Below the pieces are notes generated by a model, which did not search any database, was not told the origin of the DNA, and was given only the letters and a program-made list of their open reading frames with translations. A stretch of 64,000 nt of DNA from Myxococcota bacterium (GTDB taxonomy: Bacteria; Myxococcota_A; UBA9160; PR03): positions 91,402-155,401 of the forward strand of contig JBFIML010000002.1 of assembly GCA_041611735.1 (NCBI GenBank). The letters run 5' to 3'. A program made the position numbers and the translations under genes. This document shows positions 38,649 through 47,873 of the stretch, piece after piece; the stretch's first letter is position 1, and the number at the start of each line of letters is the position of its first letter.

Positions 38649-39956
38649 GTGCCCGGGCGAACCGGCGCGCTCGCACCCCTGGTGCTCGTCCTGGCGCTCG
38701 GCTGCGCGGGCAGCCTCGGGACCGATCGCCTGCGGACCATGCTGAGCGATGCGGAGGAGCTCCCCGAGCTGGTCGAATCGCCTCCCGCGGAGGTTCCGCC
38801 CCCGGGCGGACTGCGCGCGGTGGGCAGCATGCTCCGCTCGGTGCCGCTGCGCTGGGACCCCGTGCTCGGGGAGGACGTGGTCGGCTACGTGGTGGAGCGC
38901 GCCGGGCCGGAGACCGCGGTCTTCGAGCGCATTGCGACGCTGCCGGGCCGCTTCCGCACCAGCCATGTGGACCGCGGGAGCGGCCAGAGTGGCGCTCCCT
39001 CCTCCGAATCGGGCGCGCTCGCGGACGGCGTCACCTACCGCTACCGGGTGCGGAGCTTCGATCGGAACGGGCGCATCGGCATCGCCAGCTCCGAGGAGGT
39101 CCAGGCGGCCACTGCCCCGCCGCCGGCGCCGCCCCAGGGGCTGCGGGCCTACAGCCATCTCCCGCGGCGCATCGCCGTCACCTGGTCGCCGGTAGAGGGG
39201 GCCGGCGAGTACGTGGTCTACCGCAGCCCGAGCGCGCGGGGGGACTTCGAGGCCATCGCCCGCGTGCGCGGGCGCTGGGCGAGCCACCATCTGGACGAGG
39301 GGCTCGGAGACCTGCGCGTGCTCTACTACCGCATCTCGGCGGTGAACGAAGCGGGAGGCGAAGGGCCGGCCTCGGAGCCCGTGCGCGCCGTGACCAAGGC
39401 GGAGCCGCTCGCCCCGGTGGGGCTGAGCGTCGCCGGGCGACGGCTCGGCGCCAACCGCCTGGCCTGGGAGCCCAACGTGGAGCGGGACGTGGCGGGCTAC
39501 CGGCTGCTGCGCTGGCGCACGGGCAGCCGGTCGGGGGAGCCGGTCGCGACGCTCGGACGGGAGACCACCGAGGCCTGGGACGAAGCGGTGGCCGCGGGCG
39601 AGCCGCTCACGTACCGGGTCGTGGCCTTCGACCAGGACGCTCTCGAGAGCGCCCCCTCCGAGGCCGTGGAGGTGGAGAGCGAGGACTACGGCCTGCGCGC
39701 GGAGCCCGCCCCGGGCGGCGTGCGGCTCACCTGGCGCGACCGTGCCAACGAGGGTTTCGTGGCCGCCCGGGTGCTGCGGCACGGGCTGCTGCGCGCGCGG
39801 GAGATCGCCCGGGTGGCGGGCTCCGAGTACCTGGACCGGGAGGTCCAGCCCGGGGGCCGCTACCACTACCAGGTGGTCCTGGAGCGCGGCGACGGCCAGG
39901 CGGCGCCGGCCTCCCGCACCGTCGAGGTGGCGCTGCCCCCCGGCGGATCGCGTTGA
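38649..39956 (+). CDS. Fibronectin type III repeat lipoprotein
   Basis: Lipobox ALGC; four W...Y.V.R...D....G..Y.Y.V FN3-like repeats. Confidence 0.8.
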   Translation: MPGRTGALAPLVLVLALGCAGSLGTDRLRTMLSDAEELPELVESPPAEVPPPGGLRAVGSMLRSVPLRWDPVLGEDVVGYVVERAGPETAVFERIATLPGRFRTSHVDRGSGQSGAPSSESGALADGVTYRYRVRSFDRNGRIGIASSEEVQAATAPPPAPPQGLRAYSHLPRRIAVTWSPVEGAGEYVVYRSPSARGDFEAIARVRGRWASHHLDEGLGDLRVLYYRISAVNEAGGEGPASEPVRAVTKAEPLAPVGLSVAGRRLGANRLAWEPNVERDVAGYRLLRWRTGSRSGEPVATLGRETTEAWDEAVAAGEPLTYRVVAFDQDALESAPSEAVEVESEDYGLRAEPAPGGVRLTWRDRANEGFVAARVLRHGLLRAREIARVAGSEYLDREVQPGGRYHYQVVLERGDGQAAPASRTVEVALPPGGSR

Positions 39957-39991
39957 TTTCTGCTCGCCGCTGCCTAGACTTGGCGGCGTTT

Positions 39992-40067
39992 TCCCCGGTA
40001 GCTCAGCTGGTAGAGCGATCGGCTGTTAACCGATTGGTCGCAGGTTCGAGTCCTGCCCGGGGAGCCA
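39992..40067 (+). tRNA. tRNA-Asn(GTT)
   Basis: TCCCCGG/CCGGGGA acceptor stem, ATCGG-CT GTT AA-CCGAT anticodon arm, GGTTCGAGTCC, CCA. Confidence 0.97.
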
Positions 40068-40129
40068 CTTCGCGCGGCGGCTTCTCCCCGCCGGGGCGCG
40101 GAACGAGGCGCAAGATGCGGGAGGGCAGC

Positions 40130-40693
40130 ATGACGGGACGCTTGCTCGGTCCGGCCGGAATCGCCGGGGTCCTGCTCCTCCTGGCGCTTCCCCTGCATGC
40201 CGCCCGGGGCGAATGGGTGCGCGGGGAGACCCGCTTCAACCTGCGGACGGGTCCCGGGGTCAACTACCGGATCACCGGCAACGTGGAGCGGGACGAGCCC
40301 GTGCAGGTGACGGCCCGCGAGTCCGGCTGGGCACAGGTGCGGAGCCGGACCGGCGCCGAGGGCTGGCTCCTGGCCCGCTACCTGCAGCAGACGCCGCCCG
40401 ATGCCCTGCGCATCGAGCGCAACGAGACCGAGCTCGCCTCGGTGCGGGAGGAGGCCGAGGGCCTCAAGCGGGACAACGAGCAGCTGCGCCAGGAGAACGA
40501 GCGCCTGCGTCAGCAGGAGACCGACCAGGGCGAGGAGGTCCGCCGCCTCACCGAAGAGAACCTGGATCTCAAGGCCGGCGAGCGCTGGCCCTATCTGATC
40601 ACCGGGGCCGCCATCCTGGTGACCGGCATGCTGGCGGGCGCGCTGTTCGCGCGGGCCGCGGGCCGTCGGCCCCAGCCGCGCATCCGCCTGTAG
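40130..40693 (+). CDS. SH3b domain + coiled coil + C-terminal TM protein (YgiM-like)
   Basis: Signal peptide, NLRTGPGVNYRI...GWAQVR...EGWL, coiled coil, TM followed by a basic tail. Confidence 0.8.
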   Translation: MTGRLLGPAGIAGVLLLLALPLHAARGEWVRGETRFNLRTGPGVNYRITGNVERDEPVQVTARESGWAQVRSRTGAEGWLLARYLQQTPPDALRIERNETELASVREEAEGLKRDNEQLRQENERLRQQETDQGEEVRRLTEENLDLKAGERWPYLITGAAILVTGMLAGALFARAAGRRPQPRIRL

Positions 40694-40699
40694 CCCGCC

Positions 40700-41644
40700 G
40701 TGGCGGACGGCCTGGAGCTCGAGCCGCAGGCGCGCTGCGGCCTGGTGCTGGCCGGAGAGGACGGCGCCGCGCTGGGGCAGCGGGCGCGGGCGGTCGAGGC
40801 CCTCGGCTTCGATTCCCTCTGGGTGGGAGACCACGTGGCCTTCCACGTGGCCATCCCCGACCCCCTGACCGTCCTCGCCTTTGCGGCGGCCACGACCCAG
40901 AGCGTGACGCTCGGGACGGCCGTCTACCTGTTGCCCTTGCGCCACCCGACGCTCACGGCCAAGAGCACCGCCACCCTCGACCGTCTCTCGGGCGGGCGTC
41001 TCGTGCTCGGCGTGGGGGTCGGCGGCGAGTTTCCGCCGGAGTTCGACGCGGTGGGCGTCCCGGTCCGGGAGCGGGGTACGCGGACCGACGAGGCGATCCC
41101 GCTGCTGCGGCGCCTGTGGCGCGAGGCGCGGGTGGCCCACCAGGGGCGACACTTCCGCTTCGGACCGGTGGCCCTCGAGCCGAAGCCCGCGCAGCCCGAG
41201 GGTCCCCCCATCTGGGTGGGGGGCCGGGCACCCGTGGCGATACGGCGCGCCGGGCGGCTGGGAGACGGCTACATCTCCCACATGGCGTCCATCGAGCACT
41301 ACCGGACGAATCTCGCGGCGATCGCCCGGCATGCCCGGGAGGGCGGTCGCGACGGGTTGCGCTTCGGGACGGCCGCCTTCCTGTTCACCGCCCTCGACAC
41401 GAGCTTCGAGTCCGCCCACCGCCGCGCGGCCGCCCTGCTGGGCCGGCTCTACGCGCGGCCCTTCGAGGACGCCGCCCGCAGGTACTGTCTGCTGGGCCGG
41501 GCCGCGGACTGCCTGGAGCAGATGCGCGGCTTCGGCGCGGCAGGAGCCCGCCACTTCATCCTGGCACCGCTCTCGGATCCCGATGCCTTCGCGGAGCAGG
41601 TGGCGGCGGAGATCCTTCCGGAGGTCCCGGGACTCGGCTCCTGA
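40700..41644 (+). CDS. LLM-class flavin-dependent oxidoreductase
   Basis: GFDSLWVGDH, TLDRLSGGRLVLGVGVG, PPIWVGG. Confidence 0.9.
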   Translation: MADGLELEPQARCGLVLAGEDGAALGQRARAVEALGFDSLWVGDHVAFHVAIPDPLTVLAFAAATTQSVTLGTAVYLLPLRHPTLTAKSTATLDRLSGGRLVLGVGVGGEFPPEFDAVGVPVRERGTRTDEAIPLLRRLWREARVAHQGRHFRFGPVALEPKPAQPEGPPIWVGGRAPVAIRRAGRLGDGYISHMASIEHYRTNLAAIARHAREGGRDGLRFGTAAFLFTALDTSFESAHRRAAALLGRLYARPFEDAARRYCLLGRAADCLEQMRGFGAAGARHFILAPLSDPDAFAEQVAAEILPEVPGLGS

Positions 41645-41653
41645 GGCCGAACG

Positions 41654-43105
41654 TCAGCGCCGCCAGAAGCCCGGCGACAGCAGGATCAGGATCGTGAACA
41701 CCTCGAGGCGCCCGGCCAGCATCCCGAAGCAGAGCGCGAGCTTCACGGTACCCGGGAAGTGCGCGAAGTTGTCGAAGGGGCCGACCGCCCCGAGTCCCGG
41801 CCCCACGTTGCCGACGGCGGTGAGGGCCGCCGAGATCGCCGTGAGCGGGTCGTAGCCGGCCATGGCCACCACGGCGGCCAGACCCGCGGCGAGCATTGCA
41901 TAGGCGGTGAAGAAGGCCCAGATCCCACCCAGCACGTCCGCGGGGACGGCACGGTCTGCGTACTTCACCGTGCTGACGGCGTGGGGATGAAGCAGGCGGG
42001 AGAAGGCCACCCGCAAGGCCCGGATTCCGAGCAGCACGCGCAGGCTCTTGACGCCTCCCGCCGTGGAACCGGCCATGCCGCCCAGGAACATGAGCTGAAG
42101 CAGCAGCAGCTGCCCGACACTCGGCCAGAGCTCGAAGTCCGCGGTGGCGTAGCCCGTGGTGGTGAGGATCGAGACCACCTGGAAGAGTGCCGCGCGCAGC
42201 GCCGCGGGCTCCTGCGGAGGCAGGCGGACCAGGAAGAGCGTGATCAAGGCCGTGGTCCCCACCACCATCCACGCGAAGTAGCGCAACTCCGCGTCCCGCC
42301 AGACGTCCAGGAAGCGCCGCTGCACCAGCCGGTAGTGCAGGACGAAGTTGATGCCGGCGCAGAGCATGAAGAAGATCAGGACCCATTCGACGAAGGGGGA
42401 CTGGAACGCGCCGACCGAGGCGTCCCGGGTGGAGAAGCCCCCCGTGGCCAAGGTGGTGAGCCCGTGGCAGACCGCGTCGAAGAGGGGGATGCCGCCGGGA
42501 CCCCAGAGCAGCAGGATCTCCGCGGCGGTGAGCACCACGTAGATCCCCCACAGGCGCCGGGCCGTCACGGCCACGCGCGGCTCCACCTTGTCCGAGATCG
42601 GGCCCGGCACCTCGGCCTTGAAGAGCTGCATGCCACCTACGGGCAGCAGCGGCAGGATCGCGATGGTGAACAGCACGATCCCCATGCCGCCCACCCACTG
42701 GGTGAGGGCTCGCCACAGCAGCAGCGCCCGGGAGCTGCCCTCGATGCGGGTCATGACGCTGGAGCCCGTCGTCGTGAAGCCCGCCACGGACTCGAAGATC
42801 GCATCCACCATGCCGAGCGTGTCGGTGAAGAAGTAGGGCAGCGCGCCGAACAGCGACACCAGCAGCCAGCCCACGCCGACCACCACGAACCCGTCGCGGG
42901 CACGCAGCCGCCAGCCAGCCCGTCCGCCCCGGGGCCGGGTGGAGCCGACCACCGAGGCACCCACCACCGCGGCGATGGCCGCGCTGAGCAGGAACGGCTC
43001 GAGGGCCTCGCCGCCCCCGAGCGCCAGGCCGAGGGGCAGGAGCTGGAGCGCCGCCAGCAGCAGCAGCAGCCAGCCGAGCAGGTGCGCGTCGACCAGGGCG
43101 TTCAT
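41654..43105 (-). CDS. trkH: Trk potassium uptake membrane protein
   Basis: FESVAGFTTTG, LATGGFS, LTTTGY, GSTAGG, GNVGPG, GRLE. Confidence 0.95.
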   Translation of the reverse strand: MNALVDAHLLGWLLLLLAALQLLPLGLALGGGEALEPFLLSAAIAAVVGASVVGSTRPRGGRAGWRLRARDGFVVVGVGWLLVSLFGALPYFFTDTLGMVDAIFESVAGFTTTGSSVMTRIEGSSRALLLWRALTQWVGGMGIVLFTIAILPLLPVGGMQLFKAEVPGPISDKVEPRVAVTARRLWGIYVVLTAAEILLLWGPGGIPLFDAVCHGLTTLATGGFSTRDASVGAFQSPFVEWVLIFFMLCAGINFVLHYRLVQRRFLDVWRDAELRYFAWMVVGTTALITLFLVRLPPQEPAALRAALFQVVSILTTTGYATADFELWPSVGQLLLLQLMFLGGMAGSTAGGVKSLRVLLGIRALRVAFSRLLHPHAVSTVKYADRAVPADVLGGIWAFFTAYAMLAAGLAAVVAMAGYDPLTAISAALTAVGNVGPGLGAVGPFDNFAHFPGTVKLALCFGMLAGRLEVFTILILLSPGFWRR

Positions 43106-43111
43106 CGAGGC

Positions 43112-44566
43112 TCAGGCGGCGGACAGCAGCCGGCCCACCCGGGCCACGTTCTCGTGGGTGGTGATGAGCACCACGTGGTCCCCGGGTGTGATGCGGAAGT
43201 CCCCGCGTGGCACCAGCAGTTCGCCGCCATGCCGAACGCCCACCACCAGGGCGCCCGGCAGGTGCTCGCCCAGCTGGCGGATCGTCCCGGAGCAGAGCAC
43301 GCTACCCGGGGCCACCTCCCCTTCGAAGGCCTCCATGCCCTCCTGCAGCAGGGTCGCCACGGACAGCACGCCCTTGCCACGCACGTAGCCGAGCACCATG
43401 TCGATCACCAGCTGGCGCGGGACGATCGGCGCGTCGATTCCGATCTCGGAAACGAGGCTGGCCACGGCGGGGTTGTCCACCAGGGCGAAGGTGCGGTGGG
43501 CGCCCAGCCGCCTGGCGAGCAGGGCCGCCACCAGGTTCGTCTCGTGGCTGTCGGTCGCGGCCACGAAGGTGGAGGCCTGCTCCACGTCCTCCTCCTCGAG
43601 CAACGCCTGGTCCGTGGCGCAGCCCCGCACGACCAGCGTCTGCTCCAGGTCGTCCTGGGCCTCCCGGGCACGCAGCTCGTCCTCCTCGATCAGCTTGACG
43701 CTCACGGGCCGCCGTCGGCGCAGCGACTCGTCGAAGCCGAGCTTGTCGCTGTCGAAATCGCTGCCGCGCTCCAAGCGCCGGGCCAGGCCCAGGCCCAGGG
43801 GCGTGGCGCCCGCGACGATGACGTTCTGCCGGCTCTCCCCGCGCGCACCGAGCAGGTTGAGCACGGGAGGCAGGTCGCGCTGGGCCACCGCGAAGTAGGC
43901 GATGTCCCCGGCCCGGATCTCGTCTTCGCCCCGCGGGATGAGCCACTCCCGTCCGCGCTCGATGGCGGCCACCAGCGTGGGCGTGTCCGCGAACATGAGG
44001 TCCACGTTCTTGACCAGCAGATCGGCGAAGTCGGAACTCTCCGGGATGCGGAAGCCCACCACGAGGAGCTCTCCACCGAAGAAGCTGCACACGTCCTGAG
44101 AGCCAGGGACCGCCAGCAGATTGGCGATCTTGTCCACGGCGGTCTCGATCGGGTTCACGCTCACGTACTCGTCGCCATGAGCGCCCTTCACGGCCTGGAA
44201 CGCCCGCGCGTGGTCCGGGTCCATCAGGCGGACGATGCAGCCCGGCACGCCGAACGAGGCGGCCAGCACCCCGACCACCAGGTTCGCCTCGTCGGAGCCC
44301 GTGGTGGCCAGCACGAGGCGCGCCTTCTCGATGCCGGCCCGCCGCAGCGTGGGCGCCGTGGCCCCGTTGCCGGACACGACCCGCACGTCTCCGAGCCGGA
44401 CGTCGAGATCCCGGGCCAGGTCGCGTTGGCGTTCTACCAAGGTGACGTCGTGGCCATCGCTGGCCAGACGCTCGGCCAGGGTGCCGCCCACCAGGCCGCC
44501 GCCCACCACCAGGATCGCCTGATGACGCCGGCTCGCCTCGCGGCGCGCCCGCTGGCGCTCGGCCAT
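43112..44566 (-). CDS. trkA: Trk regulatory subunit (two RCK domains)
   Basis: VVGGGLVG NAD-binding motif, duplicated RCK-N/C architecture, adjacent to trkH. Confidence 0.92.
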   Translation of the reverse strand: MAERQRARREASRRHQAILVVGGGLVGGTLAERLASDGHDVTLVERQRDLARDLDVRLGDVRVVSGNGATAPTLRRAGIEKARLVLATTGSDEANLVVGVLAASFGVPGCIVRLMDPDHARAFQAVKGAHGDEYVSVNPIETAVDKIANLLAVPGSQDVCSFFGGELLVVGFRIPESSDFADLLVKNVDLMFADTPTLVAAIERGREWLIPRGEDEIRAGDIAYFAVAQRDLPPVLNLLGARGESRQNVIVAGATPLGLGLARRLERGSDFDSDKLGFDESLRRRRPVSVKLIEEDELRAREAQDDLEQTLVVRGCATDQALLEEEDVEQASTFVAATDSHETNLVAALLARRLGAHRTFALVDNPAVASLVSEIGIDAPIVPRQLVIDMVLGYVRGKGVLSVATLLQEGMEAFEGEVAPGSVLCSGTIRQLGEHLPGALVVGVRHGGELLVPRGDFRITPGDHVVLITTHENVARVGRLLSAA

Positions 44567-44999
44567 GCCTCCTCCCCAGGTGCGACGGCGGCGGGAGGGT
44601 AAGGCATCCCGGGCGCCACTCCAGCGACCGGGCGGCTCACAGGAGCAGCGTCACCACCGACACGTCGAGCTCCGCTCGGGCGTCGAGGGTCCAGGCGGTG
44701 CGAAGCCGCGCGTCGCGATCGAGTGACCGAGCGGGGGGCCGATGAGGACGGCGGCCAGCAACAGCGAGCCGCGGAACGACTCGGTGCGGGCGCTCGGCGG
44801 CGAGCGCCACGGCCTGCAGCGGCCGCTCGGGATCCGGGACCGGCTGGCGTCCCTTCCGGAACCCGGGGCGCGAGCTCAGACACGCGTGGGCCGCCACCCC
44901 GGCGAGGGTGAAGGGCGTGGCCAGGGGGAGCAGCGTCCGACGCGTCCCCGCTCCAGGCCCGCACCGCTCCTCGGCGTCAGGATCCGGGCTTGCGCCCGG

Positions 45000-45034
45000 T
45001 TGAAGATTGAAGTGATTACTCCTAGAGTAATGAC
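45000..45034 (+). promoter_or_regulatory. Promoter and palindromic operator of the MerR-men operon
   Basis: AT-rich island: TTGAAG (45000-05), 17 nt, TAGAGT (45023-28), 6 nt, ATG; inverted repeat ATTACTC-CTA-GAGTAAT (45015-31). Confidence 0.7.
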
Positions 45035-45790
45035 ATGGATTATCGTGTGGAACAGCTGGCAGCCCGGGCGGGCGTCTCGGTGGATACGATCCGCTTCTAC
45101 CAGGGCAGGGGCCTGCTTCCGCCCCCGCGCCGGCGCGGCCGGGTGGCAGTCTACGGGGACGCCCACCTGGAGCGGCTGCGTCGCATCCGTGCCTGGGCCC
45201 GGCAAGGGCTTCCCCTCGCGGTGATCAAGCGGATGCTGGATCGCCCGTCCGACCCGGAGGCCGACGAGCGCCTGCTGGCCGCCGTGGCCGGCGAGCGCCT
45301 GGGCGCCCGCACGCTGTCGCGGCCCGAGCTCGCCGCGGAGTCGGGCGTGCCGGAGCCGCTGCTGCGCGCGGCCGAGTCGGCAGGACTGCTCGAGCCTCTG
45401 CGCGTGGACGGCGAGGAGCGCTTCAGCGAGGCCGACCTGGCCATGGCCCGGGCGGGGCTCGCGATCCTGAGCGCGGGCTTCCCGCTGGACGAGCTCCTGG
45501 AGCTCGCGGTCTCGCACGCGCGCGCCACCCAGACGCTGGCGGAGCGGGCCATCGCACTGTTCGACCGTCATGTGCGTCGGGGAGCGGGCGGGGGCCACAC
45601 CGACCCCGAGGCGGTGGCGCGCGCCTTCGAGCACCTGCTCCCGGAGTCCACACGCCTGGTGGCGTTGCACTTCCAGCGAACGCTGGTGGCGCGCGCCCTG
45701 GAGCGTCTGGCACGCAAGCGCGACGAGCGGGCGCTGCGGCGCGCCCTCGCTGCGGTGGAGTCCGGCCGCCTCGAGGTCGCATGGCGCTAG
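45035..45790 (+). CDS. MerR-family transcriptional regulator with a second HTH-like repeat
   Basis: YRVEQLAARAGVSVDTIRFYQGRGLL; second repeat LSRPELAAESGVPEPLLRAAESAGLL. Confidence 0.88.
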   Translation: MDYRVEQLAARAGVSVDTIRFYQGRGLLPPPRRRGRVAVYGDAHLERLRRIRAWARQGLPLAVIKRMLDRPSDPEADERLLAAVAGERLGARTLSRPELAAESGVPEPLLRAAESAGLLEPLRVDGEERFSEADLAMARAGLAILSAGFPLDELLELAVSHARATQTLAERAIALFDRHVRRGAGGGHTDPEAVARAFEHLLPESTRLVALHFQRTLVARALERLARKRDERALRRALAAVESGRLEVAWR

Positions 45791-46485
45791 CAGCCCTCCC
45801 CCACGGTGCGACCAAGCGCGAGCGCGTGCAGGCCATGTTCGACCGCATCGCTCCCCGCTACGACCTGCTGAACCGCATCCTCACCATCGGCCTCGACCAG
45901 CGCTGGCGCCGCGCCACCCTCGACCTGGCGGGGGTCGGTCCGGACGATCGCGTGTTGGACGTGGCCTGCGGCACCGGGGACCTGGCCCGGCTCGCTGTCG
46001 CGCGCGGCGCGAGGGTGTGCGGGCTCGACTTCGCCGGAGAGATGCTGCGCCGGGCGCAGGGACACGACCAGCGTGTGGCCTGGCTGCGCGCGGATGCCGC
46101 CGCCCTCCCGCTTCGGGACGGCTGGGCGAGCGTCATCGTGTGCGGATTCGCCCTGCGCAACTTCGTCTCGATCCCGCCCGTGCTCGACGAGATGGCGCGC
46201 GTGCTCGCCCCAGCCGGCCGCCTTGCGCTCCTGGAGGTGGACCGTCCCGAGCCGCGCTGGCTGCGGGCGGGGCACGGGCTGTACTTCGACCGGCTGGTGC
46301 CGCGCATCGGGGGCTGGCTCTCCGACCGTGCCGCCTACGACTACCTGCCGCGCTCCACCGCCTACCTGCCTCCGACTGCCGAGTTCCGGGGCTGGCTCGA
46401 GGCGGTGGGCTTCGAGACGCCGGTGCGCAGCCGGCGGCTCCTGGGCGCCGTCCAGATCTGGACCGCGCGGCGGCGGAGCGCCTGA
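45781..46485 (+). CDS. menG: Demethylmenaquinone methyltransferase (UbiE/MenG)
   Basis: VQAMFDRIAPRYDLLN, VLDVACGTGD, FALRN, AYDYLPRS. Confidence 0.9.
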   Translation: MALAALPHGATKRERVQAMFDRIAPRYDLLNRILTIGLDQRWRRATLDLAGVGPDDRVLDVACGTGDLARLAVARGARVCGLDFAGEMLRRAQGHDQRVAWLRADAAALPLRDGWASVIVCGFALRNFVSIPPVLDEMARVLAPAGRLALLEVDRPEPRWLRAGHGLYFDRLVPRIGGWLSDRAAYDYLPRSTAYLPPTAEFRGWLEAVGFETPVRSRRLLGAVQIWTARRRSA

Positions 46486-47873
46486 TGCGCGCCACGCTCC
46501 CGGACGCGGTGCGGCAGCGCGTGCGCCAGCTCCCCGACGCGATCACCCTGCTGCGCGTGCACCTGGAGCTACCCGCCGACCAGGCACCGCGGCCGCAGCT
46601 GCCCGTCTCGGCGGCACCCGCCTTCGCCTGGGCGGAGCCGGATCGGGACTTCGCGTTCGCCGGCTGGGGCGCCGCGGTCTCCCTCGAGGCGCAAGGTCCG
46701 GAGCGCTTCGCCGCGATCGCTGCGCGCGGCCGCCAGATCGCCACGCAGAGCGTGGAGCTCGGCGCCAAGCAGGTTCCGGGCGAGACGCCCTTCTGGGTGG
46801 GCGGCTTCGCCTTCGATCACGAGGGATGCCGGCGCGAGCCCTGGCACGGCTTCGCACCGGCACGCTGGTGGGTTCCGGAAGCGCTGCTGGTGCGACGCGA
46901 CGGTCGAACCTGGGCGATCGTCGCGACCCGCACCGAGGGTCGCGACCCGACGCGGTGGATCGCGCGGCTGGAGGCCCAGCTGCGCGCCCTGCTCGAGGAG
47001 GCGCCCGGCGCAGCCCGCGGGGCGACCCGCCCCAACGCTCCGGTCGCACCCTGGGACGGCGAGCGCAGTGCGTTCCTGGAGCGGGTGCGAAGCGCCCGGC
47101 AGGCCGTGCGGGAGGGGAAGCTGGAGAAGCTCGTCGTGGCGCGGGAGCTCGGCGTGCAGATCGCCGTCGACTCGCCGGCTGCGGCGCTCCTGGCCCGTCT
47201 GGGGCGAAGCCATCCCGGTTGCCGGGTTTTCGCAGTGCGTTGCGGCGACGGGCTCTTCCTGGGGAGCAGTCCCGAACGGCTGGTGTCGGTGCGGGGGCGG
47301 CGGCTGTGGGCGGACGCCCTGGCGGGCTCGGCGGCGCGGGGCGCCGACGCCCGCCGCGACGAGCAGCTGGCCCGCATGCTTCGGGAGAGCAAGAAGGAGC
47401 AGGAGGAGCACGCCGTCGTGGTGCGCGCGTTGTGGCAGGCGCTGGCGCCCGCGTGCCGCGTCCTCCAGCTTCCCGCGGCGCCGCGGGTGCGCCGTCTGGC
47501 CACGATCCAACACCTGCATACCCCGATCCGGGGCCTGCTGCGCGCGCCCCGTCCCTTTGCCGTGCTCGAGCTCGCCGGACGCGTCCACCCGACGCCGGCC
47601 GTGGCGGGAGCCCCGCGCGAGGCGGCCCTGGCGTGGCTGCGCCGACACGAGGGCATCGAGCGCGGCTGGTATGCGGGCCTGGTGGGCTGGCTCGACGCGC
47701 GCGGCGAGGGTGACCTGGCGGTGGCGTTGCGTTCGGCGCTGCTGCGCCCGGGCGCGGCGTGGCTCTACGCGGGCGCGGGGATCGTCGCCGGCTCCGAGCC
47801 CGAGACGGAGCTCGCGGAGACCGACCTCAAGCTGCGCACGGTCGGGGACGCGCTGGCGGGGGACGTCCCGTGA
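46485..47873 (+). CDS. menF: Isochorismate synthase
   Basis: KLVVAR, GSSPERL, ALAGS, KEQEEH, HPTPAVAG, RGWYAG, AGAGIV. Confidence 0.9.
   Translation: MRATLPDAVRQRVRQLPDAITLLRVHLELPADQAPRPQLPVSAAPAFAWAEPDRDFAFAGWGAAVSLEAQGPERFAAIAARGRQIATQSVELGAKQVPGETPFWVGGFAFDHEGCRREPWHGFAPARWWVPEALLVRRDGRTWAIVATRTEGRDPTRWIARLEAQLRALLEEAPGAARGATRPNAPVAPWDGERSAFLERVRSARQAVREGKLEKLVVARELGVQIAVDSPAAALLARLGRSHPGCRVFAVRCGDGLFLGSSPERLVSVRGRRLWADALAGSAARGADARRDEQLARMLRESKKEQEEHAVVVRALWQALAPACRVLQLPAAPRVRRLATIQHLHTPIRGLLRAPRPFAVLELAGRVHPTPAVAGAPREAALAWLRRHEGIERGWYAGLVGWLDARGEGDLAVALRSALLRPGAAWLYAGAGIVAGSEPETELAETDLKLRTVGDALAGDVP

Noticed and set aside
43710-43775. Short insertion (SDFDSDKLGFDESLRRRRP) in TrkA considered as an intein or mobile insert
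   Set aside because: Too short, with no splicing motifs or repeats; most likely a surface loop
44567-45000. c-di-AMP or other riboswitch upstream of trkA
   Set aside because: No recognisable conserved riboswitch motif by eye; an Infernal/Rfam scan would be needed to exclude it
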